From Octopus sinensis (Eukaryota), in contig NC_043011.1 of assembly GCF_006345805.1 (NCBI RefSeq), positions 36,778,464-36,842,463 of the forward strand: a stretch of DNA of 64,000 bases. Direction: 5' to 3'. Position numbers and translations under genes: made by a program. Position 1 is the stretch's first letter; the number at the start of each line of letters is the position of its first letter. Shown piece after piece: positions 27,051-39,150 of this stretch. The notes beneath the pieces were generated by a model. The model was not told the DNA's origin and ran no database searches. It worked only from the letters and a program-made list of their open reading frames with translations.

Positions 27051-27974
27051 TCCGGTTACAGGTTCGTAGTCTCTATTGAAGCAGTCTATGTCACGTCTTA
27101 CAGCCATTACAGCTTTCACAGAGCATTGAGCAGCAGTCCTGATATCTGCATTTTGATACCTGACTCAAATCATCATGATACAGATAGCTCTTTTCCAATA
27201 TTCATATGGATCCCATTACTCCATGTCAGCTAACTTTATCTCAACTACAGCTTTAAACTCTATGCTTTCCAATGGCAATAACTGTTCACCAACATATCAA
27301 GCTGTTCTTGAAAAAAGGAGACATGGAACTCGTGAGATTTAACTCGAACGCCTTGTAATAATCCCAGCGCAGGTTTTATTACACCATGTAAACATTTACT
27401 TTAAAATGTTTAAATAACCCTGAATGCAAAAGTGTTTGCTATATGCAAACATGGTTATATATTATACGTAATATATAATATTGATTCTAAACATAATAAA
27501 TAAAGAACCTGAGTTGAAAAATAATTCAAAGGATTAATTAATTATTAATTAATTAATTCAAATTAATTCAAATATAATGATTTATATTTGAATTAATTAT
27601 CAATTATAAACACCATTCACGTACCCGCAGACTTGCTGCTTTCTGAATCGCTCCTTGTCCAGTTATTACAGTAACACTCTTTTACACGGAGGCGGTTAAA
27701 CTCCTGCTGTTTCCATTCGGACACTGCCCGCCAATTTCTCTGTTTCTCACACTTGTCATCCCACATTGTATCTAACAACGCTAGGTCACGCCAGGTTTAA
27801 TATGTAGGCCCATTGTTTATTTGCTCAAGAAGTCAATCCTTTGGAATTTCCTTCTAGACATTGCCTATCCACTTGTTTCAGATAAACATTAATTGCTTTT
27901 ACATTTTCAATCTTGGAAGCCCCGTTAGGATCATGGACACAAGATTATAACAGTAAACTGGTTCATAACAGTTT

Positions 27975-28130
27975 ACTGAAAGTAACCACCATCAGCTTCC
28001 ACCACAGACTGAAGACGACTACCGAACTTGGCGCATGCACACTCCACTGTGTTCCCGGGAAGATCTCCGAATACCTCTTTGGCCACTAGATCAGTTTCCC
28101 GCAAGCATATATCTTCAACCAAAAGCATTG
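27975..28130 (-). pseudogene. Second maT-like transposase 3' fragment
   Basis: KEVFGDLPGNTVECACAKFGSRLQSVVEADGGYFQ*, paralogous to the C-terminus at 26215-26330. Confidence 0.7.
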
Positions 28131-28281
28131 AAATACATCAAAACGGCAATGAAGATTATCTTTAAAAAAGATCATTTGGTTTCTCTTTTAGAGTAAATTT
28201 CAGTTTAGAAGCAATACAAATATAATTGCGCAAATTGAGATAATGAACACCACTATATGGTTCTCTGTAACGGTAGCTTAT

Positions 28282-28403
28282 CCTTTCAGGGTCGATAAAT
28301 TAAGTACCAGTTACGCACTGGGGTCGATGTAATCGACTTAATCCCTTTGTCTGTCCTTGTTTGTCCCCTCTATGTTTAGCCCCTTGTGGGTAATAAAGAA
28401 ATA
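28282..28403 (+). mobile_element. 5'-truncated long-tail SINE B with 10-bp TSD
   Basis: TSD ggtagcttat at 28272-28281 and 28404-28413. Confidence 0.9.
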
Positions 28404-28709
28404 GGTAGCTTATATTTTATACTATCAAATAGTTGTTGTAGTTGTCACAATTATTGTCTACGTTCAGTCAATTTCCGATTAAGAATATGTATTGTCAAAG
28501 GTTTCATTTTGAGAATAGTATTTTATGACATATTTCACATGATTTTAGATTTTAATTAATGTAATATGGAATATATAGTTTTTTTGCGCTTATATTTCTG
28601 GTGAATAATATCCTATTTACTATATCAGTTGTGCATATATTCCCATCATGAAGGGCATGTCAGCCGGGGAAATCAGGTCTTTTTTTTTATTCAGTCTGAA
28701 TTTACTGGA

Positions 28710-28945
28710 GTGGAGGTGTATGGCTTAGTTGTTAGGGTGTTGAACTCGTGATCGTAAGATTGCAGTTTCGATTCCTGTAGCAGGGGACGTGTTGTAATTT
28801 TGAATAAATCATTTCTTTTCACATTGCTCCAGTTCGCTCGCCCGATAAAAATGAGTGATTCTGCGACGGACCGGCGTCCTATCCAGGTGGGAGAATATAT
28901 ACGCCATGAAAACCGGGAACCAGGCCCCATGAATCTTTGTGACTG
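28710..28945 (+). mobile_element. SINE family C
   Basis: tRNA-like head, ttgctccagttc core and gcgacggaccggcgtcc..aaaaccggg segment. Confidence 0.75.
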
Positions 28946-29787
28946 TGGAAGGAAATTTACTTTTATCATATTTTACTAGAGACTTTCCATTCTTATTTAA
29001 ATTATAAAATGCTGTTTGATGAAAATTTTAACAACTATTTCTATCAGAATGAGTGGTCACGTAATGCCTCTCTTGATGGTGTTCTTATTTAGTATAGGGA
29101 GCAAGGATGTCAATGTCACTCTGGAATACTCTGAAAGATTGGGGTTACATATTGATAAACAGGATGGCTGCCCGACGTACGCATGCATACACATACGTTG
29201 GGTAAGGTTGAAAATGACTGAAATTGTAAGATTTTCATATTTCAATAAAACAGAACAATAGCCATGTAACGATTCAAAACTATGAGACAATATTCACTGA
29301 CTGCAAGCTTCTAAACATATAAGAGTGTCTGAGTATGTGTTAGAAAGTGTATTCTAGTTGGCGTATTAAAAATCAAAATATCTTGTATCGTTTAAGATAG
29401 TTGAGTAGTTTTCTACTGCTTTTAAAAGTCGATATTTTTTTCTTGAGAACTATTCTTTATTCTATGCAAGTGTCAAATAACAATGGTACTTTTCAAAGAC
29501 TATCAAAGAATTGTTCATTTTTGTCTGTCTAGATTCTGATAATTGGAAAGTTGGATTTTGAAAAACTGTAAAAACAAAAAACAAAGAAATATTACCATAA
29601 GAAAATAATAGTAAATATAGATGCGAGCTAAAATTTATAGACGTGAAAGAGGAGAGAAATAAAAAAATAAACTGTATGTGTGCACTTGTAAACACACACA
29701 CACACACATGTATTGCAAAAATATTTCCAGTATTATTTAACTCATTTCTAAAAAAAAAAAGATTGATGAGCATATTGATTACAACAC

Positions 29788-29829
<42 letters not shown>

Positions 29830-30037
29830 TCTATCATAATGAAATTCTATTTATTCTTTCTTTCAAAATAAAACAGAATGGAGAATATACAGTACTTTAT
29901 AAATTGCGCGACATTTATTCTTAATCCCGTAAGCAATCACAGCAGACTAATGGCAGTATTCCAAACATTACTATCATTAATTTTTTAAAAATATATACGA
30001 GACTACTTCTAATGAAAATACTGGGTCACAACTTTGT

Positions 30038-30378
30038 CAGAACGTAAAGACTGACGAAATACCTAATTTATCGACCCCGAGAGCATGAAAGGCATAGTCG
30101 ACCTCGGCGGAATTTGAACTCAGAACGTAACGGCAGACGAAATACCTATTTCTTTACTACTCACAAGGGGCTAAACACAGAGAAGACAAACAAGGACAGA
30201 CAAACGGATTAAGTCGATTATAGCGACCCCAGTGCGTAACTGGTACTTAATTTATCGACCACGAAAGGATGAAGGGCAAAGTCGACCTCGGCGGAATTTG
30301 AACCCAGAACGTAACGGCAGACGAAATACCGCTGGGCATTTCGCCCGGCGTGCTAACATTTCTGCCAGCTCGCTGCCT
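30038..30378 (-). mobile_element. Three-tier nested SINE B array
   Basis: Full long-tail copy 30146-30378, partial copy 30064-30145 and host fragment 30038-30063; both junctions fall at gacgaaatacc. Confidence 0.85.
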
Positions 30379-31139
30379 TCTCTCCTTTATAATGTCACGT
30401 CCATCATATTCCATTGTATTCATATTTTTGATTACTACATTCTAGATTCGGTTTTTATCGGTTAGTATGTTGCAGATGTTTTAGAATATGGATTATATTG
30501 CTTTACGAATTGTTCTTTTAATTTTGCATGTATTATGTGAATGCACGCGTTTTATATTTATCGTTGTGATTTTTTTCTCTGTTTTTCTATCCATTTTCTC
30601 TATTTTCGTTTTGAATTCTTTCTCCTAAAATATATAACTATTCCCGGTATATTTTAGCACTGGAAAATGTGTCTTAGGAAGTTAACTGGTTTGTTGGGCC
30701 CCATCGCTACATCCAGACACCAATACAGACTAATTAGGGTCGAGGTTACTTCAGGATGCTGTAGTTTTGTGACTTGCGCTGAATTTAACTGCAAAACCTC
30801 CATAAAGACAGTAACTTTCGTCTCGAATGAATTTATGCTTAATCTTTTTATATCTTCTCACGAACTGAAAATCCGGTGCTTTATTTAAATTGTCATCTTT
30901 TCAAAGGATGAATAGCACTATATTGGTTGCTCGTAAATTTTGGAGCTTTTCTTTACGCTTCCTTTGTTTATAATTATTATGCGTCAGGTCCGCAGTAAGC
31001 ATTCTTCAAGTTGACTTTGAATAAATAATGCAGGGTTTATTTCCATATTTTTCACTTAAATATATTAAAGACCTCATCACATGAATGCTTATATTAGGGT
31101 TTGGCAATGAAATCATTCTTTATTCTTTTATTCTTTTAT

Positions 31140-31478
31140 TCTTTTACTTGTTTAAGTCATTTGACTGCGACCATGCTGGAACGCCGCCTAGGTGGTTTTA
31201 GTTGAAGACATTGACACCGGAACTTACACTTTGTAAGCCCAACCATTATTCTATAGGGCTCTTTGGCCGAATCTTGCGGAGACAAAAACATACCAACATC
31301 GATCGTTAAGGGATAGGGAGGCAAACACCGACAGAAAGACGCACGCGCACACACACAGAAAGATTTGGTCGGCTCGTGGCTATAGTAGAAGACACTTGCC
31401 CAGGGTGCCCCTGTAGGACTGAACCCAGAAGCATGTTGTTGGAAAGCTATCTTCTTACCACACAGCCACGCCTACGCA
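31140..31478 (-). mobile_element. SINE family A
   Basis: Same tail, core and head as 21228-21587. Confidence 0.88.
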
Positions 31479-31727
31479 TACTTTAAAATGGATAATGAGC
31501 GTATATGAATTATTTCAGGAGTTTTTGTATATTTCTAAAATAAAATTGAAAACATTGATTTTAACACATTCATTCGTTTTTTTTTTTTATCAATACGATT
31601 TTTAATTAGAAATACTTGAAGAAACTTAATGAAAATACTTAATGAAATTAGTAAAAAAAAAACCAAAGAAAATAGAGACAGAAACGTTAGAGCGACGGAA
31701 AAAAATGCTTATCGTCATTTCTTTTCG

Positions 31728-31886
31728 GCTTCATCATCCTCCTCATCATCAGCATTATCGTTACAATTATCCTCATCTTCCTATTCCCCTTCTCCATCAT
31801 CCTCATCATCATCATCATCAGCAGCAGCAGCATCATCATCATCGTCATCATCACCACCATCATCATCACCCTCATCATCATCACCC

Positions 31887-31932
<46 letters not shown>
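31728..31932. repeat. (CAT)n/(CAG)n microsatellite
   Basis: Direct reading; source of the poly-S/H/M/D ORFs. Confidence 0.93.
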
Positions 31933-32259
31933 TACCGATCATAATTTTCTTGTATTTTATTTGCATTCTAATTTTATTTTTCACATTAGCAATCACTTTG
32001 TCCAGTTGAAGCAATTTGCGTAAGGAACATCGTGGTAGTAAAGCAATTACTGCCGTACGAAATCTAATAAATCTCTCGCAGACCCTCCCCCCAATAGCAT
32101 CAGAATTAAAGGAGAGATTTTCTCTCCCCGTTAGTTTTAAGTTTCGATCGATATCTATATTGATATCGACAAATATTGTCCAGAGGCTTGCACACGTTGT
32201 TGAAGTCGATGTTGAGTCACAAAAGGACAGAATGCCGAATGGTATACGTACATCCATAC

Positions 32260-32311
<52 letters not shown>

Positions 32312-32340
32312 TACATACATATACATACATATATACATAC

Positions 32341-32418
<78 letters not shown>

Positions 32419-32575
32419 TATATATACATATATACATATATACACACATGCATATATATGTATATGATACATTATAAATAAATGAGTAACCAAGAGAAAG
32501 CAATCATCAAACACGTAGAGGAATTAAAGTCCTACTACTAATGTTAATAGTGAAGCTTATGATAATACTAAAATC

Positions 32576-32576
<1 letters not shown>

Positions 32577-32631
<55 letters not shown>

Positions 32632-32830
32632 AATGGTGGTGGTAGTGGTGGTGGTGGTGTTGGTAGGAGTGGTGGGTGGTGGTGGAGGTTGTAGTGTTGG
32701 TGATGGTGAGGATGATGATGATGATGATGAGGAGGAGGAGGAGGAGGTGGAGGAAGAGAATCAAGATTGGGATAATGATAGTGGTGATGAAAATAAGAAT
32801 ATCAATGTTAATAACGATAATATCAATGCC

Positions 32831-32899
<69 letters not shown>

Positions 32900-32995
32900 A
32901 AGAAGAAAAAGAAGAAGAAGAAGAAGAAGAAGAAGTATTGACAATAATGATAATTATAATAATAATAATAATAATAACAACAACAACAACAAGAT
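32577..32995. repeat. Compound (TAG)(TGG)(GAT)(GAG)(AAT)(AAG)(AAC) triplet array
   Basis: Direct reading. Confidence 0.92.
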
Positions 32996-33317
32996 CAACA
33001 AAAACAAAAGTTTTCTGAAAAGGACGGTTGCAAAATACAAAAAAAAAAGAAAGAAAAAAAGCACAGAAACAAAGTGAAGTGGGACATCATTTGAAATGTT
33101 GAAACGTTAACACCGATGAACAAAATGGCGCTCTTGCAAAATTAATAATGCAAGCTAATCGCATAGATTTATGTGAGAATCCATTATACGTGACACTTTC
33201 TTATTCATTATTGACTATGCTGCAAACTATGCACGGGCTTTAAATAGAATACGAAAGTTGATTTAATTGTGGTTAAAAAATGGATTTCCAGCAAGTAATT
33301 TTTAGTAGGTTTTTGTT

Positions 33318-33322
33318 TTTGC

Positions 33323-33356
<34 letters not shown>

Positions 33357-33405
33357 ATTATTATTATTATTATTATTATTAATATTATTATTGTTGTTGT
33401 TGTTG

Positions 33406-33487
<82 letters not shown>

Positions 33488-33497
33488 CATCATCATT
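33318..33497. repeat. (GTT)n/(ATT)n microsatellite
   Basis: Direct reading. Confidence 0.95.
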
Positions 33498-34196
33498 ACT
33501 GTCATTTATTAATCTTTTTCTGTTAATTTTTGCTGTTACGTCTCCGCAAAAAGCAAAAAAAAAAACAGCTACTGTCTGTTGAAGTGAACGAGTAAAACAA
33601 AATAAAAATAAATACTTGAATAAAAACACTTCGTTACATTTCTATGGAAGCCATTTTCTTCGAGATGAAATTTGTTATTTTCGCCCTGAAATATTTTACT
33701 AACAAATGTAACTCTTTTTTTTTCCAGTTACTCTTTTCCTAACTAAGTTTTGAGATGCAAATAGTTACGTGCCATATTTCTATCACTCATTGAATAAAGA
33801 TTGACAATTCCTTTTACTCATTTGCAAACTTACCTCCGTTCAGTCGTTTGGCCCCAGCTATGCTGAGGCATGGATTTCGTAGAACAAATCATACTCCGTA
33901 TTTGTTCTGTTTCAAACTTTAGTATATTATGCTATTGGTCTATTTTACCGAAATATCTTGTAACGGGAGTGTTATAAACTAACACTGCGATGCAAGAGGT
34001 GGGGAGCCAAACACATATGGAAGCACACATGTACGCACACACACAGACACACATATACAGACACAGACGCTCGCGCGCATTCACACAATAGGGGCCGACT
34101 AGGTGGTCAATAGTGACTACAGGGCTGAGCCTATATGGCTATCCATGTGGTCGATAAACACGAGAAACGACTTTGAACATTAAATGTGCAGAATTA

Positions 34197-34345
34197 GGCG
34201 TAGGAATGGCTGTGTGGTAAGTAGCTTGCTTACCAACCACATAATTCCAGGTTCAGCCCCACTGCGTAGCACCTTGGGCAAGTGTCTTCTACAATAGCCT
34301 CGGGCCGATCAAAGCCTTGTGAGTGGATTTGGTAGACAGAAACAT
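34197..34345 (+). mobile_element. SINE family A, 5' half
   Basis: ggcgtaggaatggctgtgtggtaagtagcttgc..ggttcagcccc..caccttgggcaagtgtcttc. Confidence 0.88.
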
Positions 34346-34352
34346 ATACATA

Positions 34353-34388
<36 letters not shown>

Positions 34389-34398
34389 TGTCTGTCTG

Positions 34399-34580
34399 TC
34401 TGTTCGAACCAACTTTACTACGACTTTTTAACTCCAAGAAGACATCTCCTCTAGCTGATAAACGATGCACAGCTCATAATGCGAGCAGGGGAGCAATATC
34501 TGGGATGCAGTTGGGCATCGTTAACCAGCTAAAGAGGATCTCTTTGGGTTAAAAATCGCAGTAAAATTAATTCGAACGGA
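34399..34580. mobile_element. MITE-like element with ~45 bp imperfect terminal inverted repeats
   Basis: Left end gttcgaaccaactttactacgactttttaactccaagaagacatctc; reverse complement of the right end gttcgaattaattttactgcgatttttaacccaaagagatcctc. Confidence 0.7.
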
Positions 34581-34699
34581 GAGCCATGATTGAGTGGCTA
34601 CCACCATTACTTGAGTATTTTTATGAAATTTCTATAAATATTTCTGATTTTAAAAAGCGTATATGATACAGAAAAACGATAGTATTACTGTTTATAAAT

Positions 34700-34890
34700 C
34701 AAGAGTCGTTAGCATGACGGACAACATTATTAGAAGGATTTCGTCCGTCTTTACGTTTTGATTTCAAATTCTACGGAGGTCGACTTTGCTCATCATTTTT
34801 TCGGGGCCAATGAAAGAAGTACCAGTTGAGGTCGACTTTCCCCTCTCTTAAAAAGCTTCAAGTGTTGTGCCCATAGTAGAAAGGATCTAT
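34700..34890 (+). mobile_element. Short-tail SINE B (diverged)
   Basis: gtcgttagcatg..atttcgtccgtctttacg..ggaggtcgactttgctc..gtgcccatagtagaaaggat. Confidence 0.8.
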
Positions 34891-36559
34891 ATATCTTATT
34901 CATACTTTAAAAATTTACATGATGGGGAGGACAAATTATAAGTGATTCCATGAAGTGTGTCAATGATCGTAAGAAATTTGCCGAGTCGTTATATATATAT
35001 ATACAATGGGTATGCCACACAGTTCCTGTCCCTCAAATTCATCCACAAAGTGTTTATCAGCCTGGAATTATAGCGGATGGAATTTATTTATTCGGGACAC
35101 TGCACAGTGAGGCTGAACCTGAAACCACGTACTTGCAGAACGAATTTCTTTACCACGTAGCTGTTATATATATATTAGAAACATCTAGATATCGTCTCCT
35201 AGAGAACCATGACGGAATTCAAGACTGTCATTTGAAGCTTATAAAACATTGAAAAATAACAAAATTCTTTTGTTTGTTGAGATTTATGCTTTCCATAAAC
35301 ATCATCGTTATAATTTTGTTTCTAACACGTACAATTCCATGCTTAATGTTTTCAATATATTAGATATACATTCTTATCCACTGTGTGTCATTTGTGTTTG
35401 AGGCACAAATTCCGTTTTTCTTTTACATAATCTCCTTGGTCTTTATATACAACAAGTATCTTTTAAGTATCACCAAACACAACTTTTACATATGTATCTA
35501 GATTTCGTATAACATCAAGGTTTTATTAGCAAAATCGGCTATTGTCTTTATACATGATCAGAGGCATTAATTGTCTAGCCACTCACTCGCTTTACTTGCT
35601 TTCCAGTGTTTTAGAATAGTCAAATCACAAAAGCTAACATTGCGTATGCAATATATCAGCATAGTATCTGTTTATAACCAAAATATATATATATATTGGT
35701 CCTTTGACATTTAAGTAAATGTATTTGTCAGAAAGCAACGCAGAGATGACAACGTAGAGTGCTGCATCGGCTGTTTGCTAGGCAGGCATGGTATTCACTA
35801 AACTAGCTGCAACATTGATATCATAAAAGCATTCGACCTAAACGTCTAACCTTCAAAGATCATTTTCAACCCCTTCATAAACGAAAATGTTCTGTGAATT
35901 ATGCCATATTGTAAGTAAAAACAATGTGAGTTAGAAAGAGAAAAGAAGAAAAGAATGAGTCGTTAATCTCCCCCTCTTATTGGATTACCATTGTTCTTCA
36001 TCGGAAGGAACTCATGACACGATATCACTCTAAAGCCAATTTTATTACATCTTATTGGATTTCTGAACAAAGAACACGCTTCTATATTACCTCAAAGAAC
36101 TGGTGGGTGACTTTAACGATGTGCACATATGCGAAACTACTCTTTCCTTGCTCAGATAACGAGATCTCCAAGATAAATCTATCTGTGATTTTATGTATGA
36201 GTGTGTATGCGTGCGCACGCTTACGGATACTCATACACTGACACATTTCTACGTATTTATGTACATAGAGATAGAGAGAGAGGGGGGAGAAAGAATAAGA
36301 TATGTAAGTATGATATATATTATATGTGTATTATATTTTAAGCACAAATATGTACATGTATACACACACGCCCACACGCATATATATATGTAGCATATTT
36401 GTATGTATATAAATATGTGTGCATATGTGTGTGTATGGATTGATACACAAGTGTATTCCTATACACATACTCATGCGCATATGCATAAATACATAACTAT
36501 AGGAATAAATATGAATGCATGCATATATATGTATGTATATATATATTTATATATATTTA

Positions 36560-36598
<39 letters not shown>

Positions 36599-36622
36599 AT
36601 ATGTATATACATATATATATAT

Positions 36623-36683
<61 letters not shown>

Positions 36684-37489
36684 TATACACACATATACAC
36701 GTACACATACATACACATATATATATATATATTTCTCTACGCAGTCACACATAAAGATACGCACTGTATCTCTGTGCCTCTGTATGTGTGTGTCTCTTTC
36801 TTATTCTCTCACACGGGAACTGTCTTCTAAATATACATACACACGCACAGAAAAAAGACGCATATAAAGTTACATACACACTTACATCCACCTTCATTGT
36901 TTCAGAATAAAATGGCAATAATGGGAAAGCATGTATAATCTACCTTCGTGTTGAAGGAGCAATTCAGCACATTTCCCCAAAGCTTATAGATGTCGGAAAT
37001 ATATCGAGAATTGCCAAAAGATATAGTAGATGAAACTGCCATATCGTATGTTGAAGACGTTATATTCAATACATTGGAATGTTTTCTAATCGTATGCCTT
37101 CCACAATCCTCGGAACATTAAGAATTAAAATTTCTTGAATGATAGCATTTACCGAACCAGCGTTTACCAGCCAACAACTTCTGAACTGATTCAAAATAAA
37201 GATGTTTGTGTAAGTATGAATACGTTGATATTATGGTCGTCGAACGGATCATTCACGAATAATTCATAAAGTACTATAATCCATATTCAAGCCACCTATG
37301 TTTTCCACGCAAACGGTCACCTATTGAGAGCAGTTTGACCCAAATATCATTGCAGGCGTTGCTATCAGAATGTAAAGAGCCAGATTGGATCATTTATGAA
37401 ATCTGATCCTATAATGTAACTGCTATATTGATCCATTATTCTGAATTAGCGTTATATTTATCGACGCCAGATGGCGCATGTTTTAATGA

Positions 37490-37740
37490 CTAGGGTTTTC
37501 AACTCACAATGCTAAGGTCATGTGTTCTATTCCCAGCGGTGCGTTATGTCCTGCACTCAGCTGTTGCTGAAAAGACAAGTCTTGCCAAATTCGGGGTCAC
37601 GTTTAGTGTACGCGTGTCTGTGGAGTGTTCAGTCGCTTGCACGTTAAAAAACCATTGCGGGGACTTGTGCCACAGAAGGGAATTTTCTAGGTGCAATCCC
37701 ATTGTTATTCAGGACCGAATAGGGCCTTTACCCTTTATGT
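37490..37740 (+). mobile_element. Diverged SINE with RTE-like tail
   Basis: Tail ttctaggtgcaatcccattgttattcaggaccgaa..tttaccctttat matches the minus-strand tail at 59472-59530. Confidence 0.65.
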
Positions 37741-37928
37741 TATCAGTTTTTTTTTGAGGGAGCGGGTACATCGATGACATTGACGCTAGTGACAAACTGT
37801 TGCCTGTTTTAAAAATATAAGATGAAATCAATGAAAGCGGAATGTTAAGCTCAGAAAGTTAGGAGCCGGAAGGAATATCACTGTTCATATTTTCCGAAAT
37901 GTTAATATTTAAGCTAGATTCAAATATA

Positions 37929-37984
<56 letters not shown>

Positions 37985-37992
37985 TATTTATT

Positions 37993-38278
37993 TCCCGGCT
38001 ATGGAAAATCAAGCAGGTGAAGATAGTGCCAAATTTTGTTGGGTTCTTGGGAACAGCATCACAAGACATCAGGAGGAATATTAAGGAAATTGGAATAGAG
38101 TGCCCAGTAGAACTGTTACAAAGGGTTTGCCTCCTTGGTACGGCCAGAATATTCAGGAAAGTATTAGATTGCTGAAAAAAACAAAAAACAAATATCATGG
38201 TGCTGTAGGCTGCAGGTAGTAAGCCCGCTGTGCATGAAATACTCGAGGAGTTCCAACAAAGCCTGCGATAAAAAAGAA

Positions 38279-38279
<1 letters not shown>
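37993..38279 (+). mobile_element. R4/Dong-type LINE 3' fragment (C-terminus of the restriction-like endonuclease region plus 3' UTR)
   Basis: SRLWKIKQVKIVPNFVGFLGTASQDIRRNIKEIGIECPVELLQRVCLLGTARIFRKVLDC* (stop 38173-38175), followed by (TAA)n from 38280. Confidence 0.85.
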
Positions 38280-38374
<95 letters not shown>

Positions 38375-38439
38375 AAAAAGAAGAAGAAGTTGAAGAAGAA
38401 GAAGAATGATGAGAACAACAACAGCACAACAATAATAAT

Positions 38440-38631
38440 GAAATTGAAATATAAAAGATGAGGCATCTTAAAGCGAGAACTGTTTCGGTTATTGTGGGTG
38501 CTGTAGGTATGATAAGAAAGAGATGTCAGAAACATCTGTATAACGTCCCAGGAGAACCATGTCTCAGAGAAATCCAAAATATTGTGCTGAGAAGTACTAC
38601 CCGCATCCTTAGAAAAACCCTATCAATTTAA
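38440..38631 (+). mobile_element. Second R4/Dong-type 3' fragment (different family)
   Basis: EIEI*KMRHLKARTVSVIVGAVGMIRK..PGEPCLREIQNIVLRSTTRILRKTLSI*. Confidence 0.8.
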
Positions 38632-38739
38632 ATGTATGTGTTGTATTACATGAATATATTTCGCTACTGCCCCTACCACTTCCACTCCCCAAGATTTCAG
38701 TCATGCTGTAACATCTCTCGTCATTCACTTTCTCTTAGA

Positions 38740-39150
38740 CGAAGAATTTCTAAAATGGATACTAGTTCTGGAATGTTGGGGGAGAAGGTTAGTCGATTTC
38801 ATCGATCCTGGTGATCAAGTGGTATGTATTTCATCGACTCCGAAAGGATGAAAGGCAAAATTAACTTCGGTAGAATTCGAACTCATAACGGATAAAAGTC
38901 AGAAGAAACACTACTCCGTATTTTGTCCTACGCTCTAGCTCGCAGCTTTCGGCAGACTAAATATAATTCTTTCTGATTTCGGCACAAGGCCAACAATTGT
39001 GAGGAGTGTACATCAGTCGATTACATGGTTCCCAATATTCAACTTGGTCTTAGTTTATCGTCCTCGAATGGATTAAAGGTAAAATTGACCTCAGTGGTTC
39101 TTGAACTCAAAACGTAAAGAACAGTTTTTAAGCTAACGATTCAGTCAGCT
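38740..39150 (-). mobile_element. Two diverged short-tail SINE B copies
   Basis: catcgactccgaaaggatgaaaggcaaa (38832-38860) and ggcacaaggcc..ggattaaaggtaaaattgacctc (38981-39093). Confidence 0.75.

Noticed and set aside
36900-37215. AG...GTAAGT-bounded segment as a coding exon
   Set aside because: All three plus-strand frames contain stops shortly after the acceptor.
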